Counted from the first letter of the stretch, positions 17,478-26,363 are shown. The stretch: 32,000 nucleotides of DNA from Ferroglobus placidus DSM 10642 (GCF_000025505.1 NC_013849.1:1770001-1802000), one strand, 5' to 3'. Numbers and translations are program-made. The notes: generated from the letters alone by a model not told the origin.

Positions 17478-17713
17478 ACGCGATTAGAACTCCAAACGTT
17501 TTCCAAGCCTCTGCCACCGAGCTTCCTTTTCCAGACAACTAACTTCGACGCTGTTTTCATATGACTACATTTATTACGACAAAACCCTTTTTAAGCTTCT
17601 TTTATGTCCGGTTTAAAAGAGCTATCGGAGATTTTTTATCTAGAGCCTTTCCTAACATCCAACTCCAAAATCCAAGGATATTTTTGAATACATGAAGAGT
17701 AAGAGCAAAGCCA

Positions 17714-18667
17714 TTACTTCCACGCCTCCGGATGCAAAAACCTCGACATGACTTCAACAGCCTCGGCAAGTCTGTAGGAAGGGCGGGAGATTATGTCAGC
17801 ATTTATAACATAAACTCTTCCGCTCTTTACCGCCTCTACACTCTTCAGTCTTTCATCGCTGACCACCCATTCGTAAATAATGTTTCTTCCTCCACCCATT
17901 CCGCTTCCGCTGTTCACGACTATCACTTCAGGATTTGCAGCGATGAGATCTTCTACGCTCACTATCTTCCAGCCGGTAAAGTTGAACACGTTAACTCCGC
18001 CAGCCAATCTTATCACGTCGTCAGCAAAAGTCTCCCTTCCAGAAACCCATATCGGATCGTGCCATATTATGTGAGCAACCCTCACCTTTTTTTCGTTTTT
18101 AACTTTCTCTCTAACTTTATCAATTCTCTCAGCCATCTTTCTCACAAGCTCTTTTGCTTCATTTTCTTTTCCTGTGGCAACTCCGATTAAGTAAATACTC
18201 CTCATAACGTCTTCAATCGACTTGGGATCGAAAGCTATAACGTAAACTCCAAGGCTTCTCAAAGTTTCGATCGTTTCGAGTCCATTCCCATAGCTCGCTA
18301 CCACGAGATCCGGTTTTAACGCAAGCACTCTTTCGATGTTCACGGTAGAGTATCCTCCTACGCTGACGAGTTCTCCTTTTTCTTTCTTTTCCACCACCTC
18401 TGGAGGATAGTTGCAGTAGTCCGTTACTCCAACAACCTTGTCTCCAGCCCCTATCGCAAAGAGGATTTCGGTGTTGCTCGGGGCGAGGGAAACAATCCTC
18501 TCTGGCTTTACGTTTTTAATTGGATATCCGGTATCATCGATAAGAGACGTGTTGAAAACTTCGGAAAGGTTAAAATGTTTCTCAACTTCGATCTGTTTTT
18601 TCTCCTCGCACAGTGAAAGCAGGGGTAGGGAGATTAAAATTAAAAAAATGAGAATCCTCGTTTTCAT
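17714..18667 (-). CDS. btuF: Corrinoid/metal-chelate ABC transporter substrate-binding protein
   Basis: PERIVSLAPSNTEILFAIGAGDKVVGVTDYCNYPPEV...VGGYSTVNIERVLALKPDLVVA...RETFADDVIRLAGGVN is a BtuF/TroA-like helical-backbone binding protein. Confidence 0.9.
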   Translation of the reverse strand: MKTRILIFLILISLPLLSLCEEKKQIEVEKHFNLSEVFNTSLIDDTGYPIKNVKPERIVSLAPSNTEILFAIGAGDKVVGVTDYCNYPPEVVEKKEKGELVSVGGYSTVNIERVLALKPDLVVASYGNGLETIETLRSLGVYVIAFDPKSIEDVMRSIYLIGVATGKENEAKELVRKMAERIDKVREKVKNEKKVRVAHIIWHDPIWVSGRETFADDVIRLAGGVNVFNFTGWKIVSVEDLIAANPEVIVVNSGSGMGGGRNIIYEWVVSDERLKSVEAVKSGRVYVINADIISRPSYRLAEAVEVMSRFLHPEAWK

Positions 18668-20934
18668 TTTCTCACAGCCCTCGCTGCAAGCACGAGCAAA
18701 GCTATTACAGCTTCGAATCCCGGAATTCCTTTCTTCTCCTCTGTCGGCTTTGGAATTGGAGTTTCTTTAATTTCCGGAGCTGGCGTTTGGGTAGGAGTTT
18801 CTTCCACTATTTTCTCAGAAGTTTTTTCGGGTTTTGGAGTTTCTAATACTTTTGCTGGAGTTGGTGTTGGGGCAGACACTTCCTCTTTTTCCATAACCTT
18901 AATCGGGTGAGGTTTTCCGAGCAAAGCCATTATCGCGCTGACGGTCATGTAGCCGGGGTTGGAGGTTTGATGAGAAGTGTATTTAAAGTAACTCTCTTCG
19001 GTTTGAAGGCTCAGCAGATGATCCACAACGCTGATGTTGTTTTTCTTCCACTCCACTGGATTTATTCCAGCTGCAACCAATGCTTGAATAGTCCAGGAAT
19101 CGCTTGCGGCGTTGCTTGCGGAATTTCCAAAGTATCTCATTCCCCCATCTTCGTTCTGTCCTTGTTTCAGATAGCTGAGAGCTTTCTTTATAACTTCCGA
19201 GTCTTTAGACTCTCCAGCAGCTATCAAAGCTTGTATTGCCGCGGCAGTATCGTCAAAATCGCTCTTCTCTCCGACAGCCCACGCAAAACCACCGTCACCG
19301 TTTTGCTGCTCTTTCAACCAATCAACAGACTTGTTTACGTCCTCTCCAACGGAGACGAGAGCTAAGATGCCCCAGATTGTTGTGTAGATGTAATCGCCTA
19401 TTTGCCCGTTCTCCTTAACCCTTTCCTTCAACTTTTCAACGAGATTTACTCCTGCGAAACTCCTTGGATCTTCTCCGGCTGCCACGAGAGCTAAAATAGT
19501 TCTCGCGTAATCAGCTGTGCCCATTTTAGGAAGCTCATCTTCTAAGTTTTCCCGAAGGTAATCAATCGGGCTCTTTCCGTTCTTCTTCCACTTCTCTGGA
19601 TCTTCGCCAGCTGCAACTAAAGCCATTATCGCCCAGGAAGTTTTCGCAACGCTACTTTCCTCTCCCGGATTCGAAAATCCACCATCATCGTTCTGAACGC
19701 TTTTGAGCCAGTTGAGAGCTTTGACTATTCTTTCGTCCTCCGGTTTTAGCGGGAAGTTGTCCCATTTCACGATGATCGCAAACAGGCTGAAGTTTGTTAT
19801 TTTCGAAGAGAAGAAGTAGTGCGTTTCGTTCTCGTCAATAAGATTTGTTTTCAGACACTTCCACTCATATTCAACGTATTTTGCGAGACATAAGTTTTCG
19901 GGAGATTTGTTTTCGAGAAGCTCCTTCTTTACGGAGAAGTTCAGCAAAATTTTTGCGCTTTCGTTAACTTTAAGCTCGAAGGCTTCGAGAACATCACCGT
20001 GAACGTTTCTAAACTCAACCCCACCAACCTTTCTCTGAGCGAGTTCAATCAAAACGGGTTTTTCTCCTTCAATCTTAAGCCTCATCGGAATTTTGAGATC
20101 GATAGCTAAGGTTTCGTTTGGTTTAACCACCTCAGCTCTCTTCGTTAGGTTTAATTCAATCACTCTCTCTTTCTTTTCCGGAGCGGGAGTTGGCGTAGGC
20201 GATGGTGTTGATGCTGGAGCTTCAGCTTCTTCGTAAGAAGGAGTTTTCCAGTAAACGTTCACGCTGAAAGTCCAGTCCGGGAATGTGATTATTTCTATTC
20301 TGTACGGTGAACTTTCGGGAGTTTCGCTCATGCTTCGGGAGAAGTACCAGACGACTTTATCTCCAGCATTTAGTTCGTACTGCTCCGAGCTTACGCTCGG
20401 AATAACACCATCCACCGCATACATCCAGCCGGAAGTTGCTCCGAGATCTCCCGTGCAGACACCTTTGATGCAATCAACGAACAAACCGTAGCTCCACTTC
20501 TTCACCTTCACGCTGAACCCTTTGACTTCAGCAGCCCTTATCAAAGCTCCGAGAGCCGTTCTATATTTTATCGACACGCTCTCTCCATCGGCGGAGATAG
20601 TAGTTGTGCCAGAAGGAAGGGTATAATCTCCCATTGGCTCACTACCACCTTTTGTTTGGCAGGAAACGACGTCAACAAGCTTTGACGCCTTTTCGCTCCC
20701 GCTTATTGCCTCTATGTATAGCTTTCCGGTAAGCTGAGGTGTGAAGTATGCAGTGGTTCCGTTCGCGTATATGGGAGTTCCGTTGTTAATTCGAATTACT
20801 ATGAAGGATGGTTTATCGACCGTTATCTTCAGCTTCTCTCCCACGCAGTTTCCGCTGACGTCGATGGTTAGACCGTTTGAAGTCTGAATCAGCAGTAAAG
20901 CCGAAACTAAAAGTAATATTGCACCTTTCTTCAT
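18664..20934 (-). CDS. Secreted DUF4430 domain + alpha/alpha-toroid (prenyltransferase/squalene-cyclase-type repeat) protein with PGF-CTERM-like anchor
   Basis: Signal peptide; DUF4430 block TALGALIRAAEV...SGWMYAVDGVIPSVSSEQYELNAGDKVVWYFS. Repeats include ALNWLKSVQNDDGGF, SVDWLKEQQNGDGGFAWAV and ALSYLKQGQNEDGGMRYFG. Thr/Pro-rich linker, then KKGIPGFEAVIALLVLAARAVRK. Confidence 0.85.
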   Translation of the reverse strand: MKKGAILLLVSALLLIQTSNGLTIDVSGNCVGEKLKITVDKPSFIVIRINNGTPIYANGTTAYFTPQLTGKLYIEAISGSEKASKLVDVVSCQTKGGSEPMGDYTLPSGTTTISADGESVSIKYRTALGALIRAAEVKGFSVKVKKWSYGLFVDCIKGVCTGDLGATSGWMYAVDGVIPSVSSEQYELNAGDKVVWYFSRSMSETPESSPYRIEIITFPDWTFSVNVYWKTPSYEEAEAPASTPSPTPTPAPEKKERVIELNLTKRAEVVKPNETLAIDLKIPMRLKIEGEKPVLIELAQRKVGGVEFRNVHGDVLEAFELKVNESAKILLNFSVKKELLENKSPENLCLAKYVEYEWKCLKTNLIDENETHYFFSSKITNFSLFAIIVKWDNFPLKPEDERIVKALNWLKSVQNDDGGFSNPGEESSVAKTSWAIMALVAAGEDPEKWKKNGKSPIDYLRENLEDELPKMGTADYARTILALVAAGEDPRSFAGVNLVEKLKERVKENGQIGDYIYTTIWGILALVSVGEDVNKSVDWLKEQQNGDGGFAWAVGEKSDFDDTAAAIQALIAAGESKDSEVIKKALSYLKQGQNEDGGMRYFGNSASNAASDSWTIQALVAAGINPVEWKKNNISVVDHLLSLQTEESYFKYTSHQTSNPGYMTVSAIMALLGKPHPIKVMEKEEVSAPTPTPAKVLETPKPEKTSEKIVEETPTQTPAPEIKETPIPKPTEEKKGIPGFEAVIALLVLAARAVRK

Positions 20935-22796
20935 TTCGACACCTCGCAGCTTACGGGACCGTATAAGAACAGCAGCTTTTCCGGATACTCATCGAATCTG
21001 TAAACTCCCGCATACAGCTCGTAGCTGCCGGCGCTGTTTCTTTGTGGAACGTGAAGCAGTACCGGAACTTCCAAGCTCTTCTCGCCACCAACGTAGAACG
21101 TGGAAACTCCCGCTATATAATCACCTTTTTCATTCAAACCGCTTACAACGACAACGAACAATCCCTTTTCCCATACTTCAACGCTTACCCAAGCCGTAGC
21201 GTTCCCTCCAAGTTTTGCCGAGCTCACGCTGATGTTGCTTATTTCTACTGGCTTCACGCTCGCGTCAATTTCCAAAACCACGGAACAGTTTTCTAAGCTG
21301 TTTCCGTCACCGTATCCGTAGTAAATCCTCTCTCCGTCTTTGAGGTAGTAAAGATTCGCTCCGACGGATAGCAAGGATGTTTCGTTCCAGATTGACCAGT
21401 AAATCCAGCTATCTCCAACGCTTTTCGTTGTTAGCCCCATTATCGAAGTTACGAAAAACGAACCGTAGCTTTCGTAACAGCTATCATCAAGCGTTACTTC
21501 AAACCACACCTCCGCATCTTCCGTGGTGTAGTTGAGTGCTTTCATTAAAGCTCCAAGCGCCGTGTCTTCTCTAACCTCGTATTCTTTGCCATTCACCACT
21601 ACTGACACGTTTATTGGACTGAGAATTACGCTGACGTTAATCTTTCCCTTACTGTCGAAGCAGTAGATGAATCCGCTGTCGGTGCCGATGTAAAGCTTAT
21701 CCTCAGCCACGAAAGGGGAAGACATTATGTTATAGTAGCTTCCTTCCGGCGGTTTCAATCTGTAGTACCAGAGCGCCTTTCCGGTGAAGGCGTCTAAAGC
21801 GTATATCGTCCCTTCTGGAGTGTTTGTGGCGAAGTAAACTACTCCTCCAGCTACTGCTGGAGATGAGTCGATTTTTCCGTTTGCAGTGAAATTCCAGAGC
21901 TCTTCGCCGGTGGTTGCGTTAAAGCAGTAAAGCTTGCCGTTCGATGAGCCGATGAAAACTCTACCGTAGGCAACAGCTGCAGTGGACATCGAACCGTTAA
22001 AACTCACGTTCCAGGCTTCGCTTCCGTAAAAGTTTACAGCGTAGAGCTTCTTCTCAGTAGCTACGAAAATTTTGCCGTAGCCTATCGACGGAGAGTTCGT
22101 AATCTTTCCGTCGACGGGAAATTCCCAGGCTATGGTTCCGTTCTCGTGGATGGCAAATAGCTTGTGCACACCGCTTTCGTTACCGGCGAAGAAAATCAAT
22201 CCGTTATAAGCTGCTGGAGATGTGTAGTGAGAGATCTCTCCTCCGGTTGTGTGGTTCCACAGAACGTTTCCCTCAAGATCTAGCTTCCACAGCGTTCCAC
22301 TCGAAAAAGTCGTGACGTAAACGGAGTCGTTGTAAATCAGAGGAGAGGAAGCTATCCCCCACCACGAAGGAGAGGTCTCGAGGAGAATTGACTTCTCTAT
22401 TCTTCCATTGCTCGCGTTAACGTAGTAAAGGTGCCCTGAAAGATTTCCCACAATCAAAACCTCTCCGTTCGCAGCTACACTCGAAGCTCCGGTTATGTTC
22501 GCGTTTCTCCACTCTATGATGCCGCTGGATGCGTTGAGCGAGTACAGCCCCGGACTCCATTCGCCCCATCCGTACCAGTTTGCCACGTAAATGTGTCCGT
22601 TGCTGTAAATCGGAGAAGCACCTACAAGACCCGTCAGCTCCGTCTTCCACGCAACGATTGGTAGAATCGTGCTGTTTGCGGTGAAGTTGCCGGTTCTCGC
22701 TTCGTCTCCGTGAAAAGTTGTGGCTGAGGCTGCTGACATAAGCATTAACAATGCCATCGTTACGATCAACACCCTTAACTTCAGCATTTTTGACAC
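20931..22796 (-). CDS. Secreted PQQ-like beta-propeller repeat protein with C-terminal DUF4430-like domain
   Basis: Signal peptide; repeated blades such as GRVFIGSSNGKLYCFNATTGEELWNFTANGKIDSSPAV and DKLYIGTDSGFIYCFDS. Then VSVVVNGKEYEVREDTALGALMKALNY...DSWIYWSIWNETSLLSVGANLYYLKDGERIYYGYG. Confidence 0.85.
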   Translation of the reverse strand: MSKMLKLRVLIVTMALLMLMSAASATTFHGDEARTGNFTANSTILPIVAWKTELTGLVGASPIYSNGHIYVANWYGWGEWSPGLYSLNASSGIIEWRNANITGASSVAANGEVLIVGNLSGHLYYVNASNGRIEKSILLETSPSWWGIASSPLIYNDSVYVTTFSSGTLWKLDLEGNVLWNHTTGGEISHYTSPAAYNGLIFFAGNESGVHKLFAIHENGTIAWEFPVDGKITNSPSIGYGKIFVATEKKLYAVNFYGSEAWNVSFNGSMSTAAVAYGRVFIGSSNGKLYCFNATTGEELWNFTANGKIDSSPAVAGGVVYFATNTPEGTIYALDAFTGKALWYYRLKPPEGSYYNIMSSPFVAEDKLYIGTDSGFIYCFDSKGKINVSVILSPINVSVVVNGKEYEVREDTALGALMKALNYTTEDAEVWFEVTLDDSCYESYGSFFVTSIMGLTTKSVGDSWIYWSIWNETSLLSVGANLYYLKDGERIYYGYGDGNSLENCSVVLEIDASVKPVEISNISVSSAKLGGNATAWVSVEVWEKGLFVVVVSGLNEKGDYIAGVSTFYVGGEKSLEVPVLLHVPQRNSAGSYELYAGVYRFDEYPEKLLFLYGPVSCEVSK

Positions 22797-22818
22797 CTAC
22801 TCAAATTTTTTTGAGTAG
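22797..22818. promoter_or_regulatory. Perfect 9-bp inverted repeat immediately upstream of the propeller gene
   Basis: ctactcaaa-tttt-tttgagtag; lies between the ATG (22796) and TATA-like tatttaaatg at 22832-22841. Confidence 0.55.
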
Positions 22819-22831
22819 TTGCAAGCACAGC

Positions 22832-22841
22832 TATTTAAATG
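22832..22841 (-). promoter_or_regulatory. TATA-like promoter element for the 22796->17714 operon
   Basis: tatttaaatg, about 40 nt upstream of the start codon. Confidence 0.45.
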
Positions 22842-22919
22842 TTATCCATTTATCTTGACTAGTTAACAAGAAATTTTAAGTAACTTCAAAAGTATCTTAC
22901 AATAAAACGTTAAAAGTTT

Positions 22920-23498
22920 TCACTCGAAGTTTTTCCACTTTTTTAAGCTTCTTTTAACTCCCTCGCATACGCAACTCCAAATCTTCTTTCCAATTTCGCT
23001 TGCCGGTCCCGAGAAGCGGTGGTACTTTCCTCTTTGGGTTGATAGCACTATCACCGCATCCGTGTTCGTTCCGGTGAAGCTGTATCCGCTTTCAATTAAA
23101 GCCTTACTCTTAGCCTCGGTGATCGTTATTATCGAGTTTAGCAAAGCGGACTTGCTCATTCTCGCATCTATTGCTGCTATAATGTTGATAGTCCCTATTT
23201 TTTCGTTCGGGTTGTTTACACCGGCAGTTACGAAAACCACCACGTTGTCTTTTCTTTCAACGCTCAAATTCTCTATGGGGACTGCTGTCAGCAATCCGAA
23301 GTACGACTTTAATCCAAGTTTTTTCGCAACGCTTCTCAAGTAATCTGCCGGGTCTGAAGAGTAGAATTCCTCCCCCACTTTGTGGTTGAAAGCGTATCTA
23401 ACCTTTTTCCATCCACCTAAAAGCCCGGTGCTGACTCCGAAAAATCTACCTTCTACTATTAGCGTGTCCTCCTCGATCCAGTACCTTACGTATCTCAT
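22920..23498 (-). CDS. cbiZ: Adenosylcobinamide amidohydrolase
   Basis: MRYVRYWIEEDTLIVEG...NIIAAIDARMSKSALLNSIITITEAKSKALIESGYSFTGTNTDAVIVLST is the CbiZ TGTxTD-type signature. The start may be upstream at 23525. Confidence 0.85.
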   Translation of the reverse strand: MRYVRYWIEEDTLIVEGRFFGVSTGLLGGWKKVRYAFNHKVGEEFYSSDPADYLRSVAKKLGLKSYFGLLTAVPIENLSVERKDNVVVFVTAGVNNPNEKIGTINIIAAIDARMSKSALLNSIITITEAKSKALIESGYSFTGTNTDAVIVLSTQRGKYHRFSGPASEIGKKIWSCVCEGVKRSLKKWKNFE

Positions 23499-24693
23499 AC
23501 AGAGCCTCCCTTTCAGATCTGACAACTCTGGCTTTTCTCACAATTTCCTCATAAATTTCTTCAGCTTCTTTTCCGAAAAAGTTTCTTAATTCAAATCGAG
23601 TTTTTTCAATAACTATCAGCTTTCCGAGTTCGGCAGCTTTCTTCGCAGCTACTAAATTCTTGAGGTTCCCTTTACCGACAACCAGATTCGAAAGCACGAC
23701 CACGTCAGCTTTTTCGATAAACTTCAGATTTTTTTCGTGTGCTTCATCGCTTATCGGAGAAAAAGGAGCCTCCTCTACGAACTCTCCGTCAACGTCAATT
23801 ACAGCTTCCCAATCCGAATCGAGAACGTTGAGAACTCCGGCAGAAACGGAATACCCTTCTTCCGAAAGCATGTAGATTAAATCTCTCCCGCTACCTCCTC
23901 CGCAGATGATGTGAACTCTTCTCCCGTTCCTCTCTCCTCTCGTCTTCGGAATTACGTAAACCGACCTTCCAACTTTTTTTATTCTTACGTCAGCTCCGTA
24001 AACATCTTTTATCGATTCTTCTGTTAAAACCTCCTCAGCCTCTCCAGCGTAAACGACTTTTCCATTTTTTACCATAATAATCTTGTCGGAGAACATTGAA
24101 GCGAGATTTATATCGTGCATAGCCACCAAAGCCGAACATCCTGAGCCGACTTTCCTCCTCACGATTTCCATTATGTCTATCTGAGCCGATATGTCGAGGT
24201 GAGCTGTCGGCTCGTCTAACAGCATGAGCTTTGGCTGTTGAGCGAAAACTCTCGCAAGTAAAACTTTCTGCTTTTCCCCTCCGCTTAATTCGGAAAACTT
24301 TCTTTCAGCGAATTCAGCCATTCCAACTTCTTCGAGAGCTCTCTTCGCTATTTCCAAATCACGGTTTTTGGGAAGCTTGAATCCCGACAGATGAGGTGTC
24401 CTTCCTAAAAGGACGACATCTAAAACCGTGAGATTGGTGTCAGAGGACTCTTGTGGAAGGTAAGCGGCGATCTTGGAAATTTCCTCAATTTTCTCGATTC
24501 TTTTTCCGTCAAAGAAAACAACTCCCTTCACGGGCTTGAGAATTCCGAATATCGTCCTGAGCAATGTGCTTTTTCCACTACCGTTCGGACCGAGTAAAGC
24601 CACTATTTCCCCTTTCTCAACCTCTAAAGTCACGTCTCTCAGAATTTCCCTGCTTTCGATTTTTACAGTTACGTTCTCAACTTTCAGCCTCAT
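23446..24693 (-). CDS. btuD: Cobalamin ABC transporter ATP-binding protein with additional C-terminal domain
   Basis: Walker A GPNGSGKST, LSGGEKQKVLLARVFAQQPKLMLLDEPTAHLD; about 150-aa C-terminal extension with HIICGGGSGRDLIYMLSEEGYSVSAGVLNVLDSDWE. Confidence 0.92.
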   Translation of the reverse strand: MRLKVENVTVKIESREILRDVTLEVEKGEIVALLGPNGSGKSTLLRTIFGILKPVKGVVFFDGKRIEKIEEISKIAAYLPQESSDTNLTVLDVVLLGRTPHLSGFKLPKNRDLEIAKRALEEVGMAEFAERKFSELSGGEKQKVLLARVFAQQPKLMLLDEPTAHLDISAQIDIMEIVRRKVGSGCSALVAMHDINLASMFSDKIIMVKNGKVVYAGEAEEVLTEESIKDVYGADVRIKKVGRSVYVIPKTRGERNGRRVHIICGGGSGRDLIYMLSEEGYSVSAGVLNVLDSDWEAVIDVDGEFVEEAPFSPISDEAHEKNLKFIEKADVVVLSNLVVGKGNLKNLVAAKKAAELGKLIVIEKTRFELRNFFGKEAEEIYEEIVRKARVVRSEREALYEIRKVLDRGGHANSRR

Positions 24694-24694
24694 T

Positions 24695-25660
24695 TTACCT
24701 CCTCCAGAGTAAGTACAGGAAGAAAGGTCCTCCGAGGAGAGCTGTTAGCGCTCCGACTGGGATTTCTCCGGCTGTCGATATTCTCGAGGCGAGGTCAACT
24801 AAGGGCATGAAAACAGTTGAAAAGAGTATCGTCGCTGGAAGGAGCTTTCTGTAATCCTCTCCAACCATCAGCCTCATCGTGTGGGGGACTATTATTCCCA
24901 CAAATCCGATAACGCCGCTCACTGCAACGGCTGAGGCTGTTAAGAGAGAAACGACTCCTATCAAATACCTTCTGAAGTTCTCAACGTTTAACCCCACTGC
25001 CATCGCGTGCTCCTCTCCAAGCAAGAGTGCGTTGAAGTTCCAGCTGTTGAATAAGAGAAAGAGAAGTCCGAAAAAGGCTATTGGTAAAGAGAAATACACC
25101 TCTTCCCATCTCGGATTCGAAAAGCTTCCCATTATCCAGAAAACTACTTTGTGCATGCTTTGAGCTGAGAAGTATATGAGCAGCGAAGTTAAACCTGAGA
25201 GAGTAGTAGCTATGGCTATTCCCGCAAGCAAAATCGCGTAGTTCTGATCTTTAAATCTCGCTAAAGTCCCGAGTTTGTACACTGTGAAGGATGTCAGAAG
25301 GGCGAAAACGAAAGCCGAGATCAAGATGTTGCTCATAGTGGCTATTCCCAAAACGTAAACTATCGCGGCACCAACGCTTGCACCGCTCGCCACTCCGAGA
25401 ACGTACGGCTCAGCTAATGGATTTCTGAACAAAGCCTGCATAGCGCAACCAGATGACGAAAGAGCAGCTCCGACGATCATCGCAAGTATAAGCCTCGGGA
25501 GCCTCACGCCGAAGAAAATGCTAACGTCACTTTCCTTAGCAACTCCATAAACGATTCTGAAGAAAACGTCAACACCGAAAATTCCAGAACTGCCGACGGT
25601 AAGGCAGAGTACTGCTACAAGAATGTTTAGAGCCGTTAGCGAAGCTATGAGCTTTTTCAC
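24695..25660 (-). CDS. btuC: Cobalamin ABC transporter permease (FecCD family)
   Basis: VRLPRLILAMIVGAALSSSGCAMQALFRNPLAEPYVLGVASGASVGAA; GFVGIIVPHTMRLMVGEDYRKLLP. Confidence 0.93.
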   Translation of the reverse strand: MKKLIASLTALNILVAVLCLTVGSSGIFGVDVFFRIVYGVAKESDVSIFFGVRLPRLILAMIVGAALSSSGCAMQALFRNPLAEPYVLGVASGASVGAAIVYVLGIATMSNILISAFVFALLTSFTVYKLGTLARFKDQNYAILLAGIAIATTLSGLTSLLIYFSAQSMHKVVFWIMGSFSNPRWEEVYFSLPIAFFGLLFLLFNSWNFNALLLGEEHAMAVGLNVENFRRYLIGVVSLLTASAVAVSGVIGFVGIIVPHTMRLMVGEDYRKLLPATILFSTVFMPLVDLASRISTAGEIPVGALTALLGGPFFLYLLWRR

Positions 25661-25700
25661 AATGTCAAGAAATTTTAAAGTTTATTAAAATTTTCTTGAA

Positions 25701-26363
25701 TTAAACGAGGTCTTCGATTGACAAGCTCGGCTTCTTCCTTTCCTCAAGCAACCTCGTAATTATTAGAGTTCCCAAGTATTCTCCGTTACTGTCCCTTATC
25801 GGGAAGTAATGCTTTTTGAAAACATAGTCTCCTTTTACTATTTCCCTTTCGAACTTGTTTCTCCTTCCCGATTTGAAATCTTCTATTATTTGCCGGACGA
25901 AACCTCTTACTTCCTCGGGATGGAACTCGTAAACGCTCCTTCCGATTATTCCCTCTATTTTTTTCCCGGTGGCTGTGAAAAAGAAAACGACTTTGTCGTT
26001 TCTATCCACGAAGATCAGGCTTTCTTGAACTCCGTAAACGTACGACCTGTCTATCTTGTCTTCGATGTGATGAATTTCATACTCTCCGAAGATTCTTATG
26101 AAGTTCTCGAGGATTTTTTCAGCGAATAGGTCTTCCAAGCTTTTTTCGACGTAATAAACGTATTTTTTCCCGAGCCTTCCTCTGGATTTGACTTCTTTTC
26201 TCTTAACAAATCCCTTCCTGTATAGCCTTTCGAGCGTTGAAGCTATTGTAGTGTACGGGATTTTCCCGTTTTCCTTCGATAAAACTTCTTTCACTTTTTT
26301 TACGTCAGCCTCTCCTATTTTGCTTAGCGTATCTATAATTTTTTTCTCAAACTCTGAAAGCAT
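25701..26363 (-). CDS. Winged-helix (BlaI/MecI/CopY-like) N-terminus fused to PAS-like domain
   Basis: FEKKIIDTLSKIGEADVKKVKEVLSK...IPYTTIASTLERLYRKGFVKRK followed by SLIFVDRNDKVVFFFTATGKKIEGIIGRSVYEFHPEEVRGFVRQIIEDFKSG...VFKKHYFPIRDSNGEYLGTLIIT (PAS_10/DUF438-like). Confidence 0.75.
   Translation of the reverse strand: MLSEFEKKIIDTLSKIGEADVKKVKEVLSKENGKIPYTTIASTLERLYRKGFVKRKEVKSRGRLGKKYVYYVEKSLEDLFAEKILENFIRIFGEYEIHHIEDKIDRSYVYGVQESLIFVDRNDKVVFFFTATGKKIEGIIGRSVYEFHPEEVRGFVRQIIEDFKSGRRNKFEREIVKGDYVFKKHYFPIRDSNGEYLGTLIITRLLEERKKPSLSIEDLV

Noticed and set aside
17363-17560. 65-aa minus-strand ORF MKTASKLVVWKRKLGGRGLENVW...
   Set aside because: Mostly antisense to the HEPN remnant; no recognisable family or supporting conservation.
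22417-22650. 77-aa antisense ORF within the propeller gene
   Set aside because: It is on the same strand as, and overlaps out of frame with, a well-supported coding sequence. It has no family resemblance and is likely spurious.
20931-22796. PQQ-dependent dehydrogenase
   Set aside because: Propeller repeats are present, but no dehydrogenase active-site organisation or heme motif is visible. The DUF4430 domain and operon context point to a binding/surface role.
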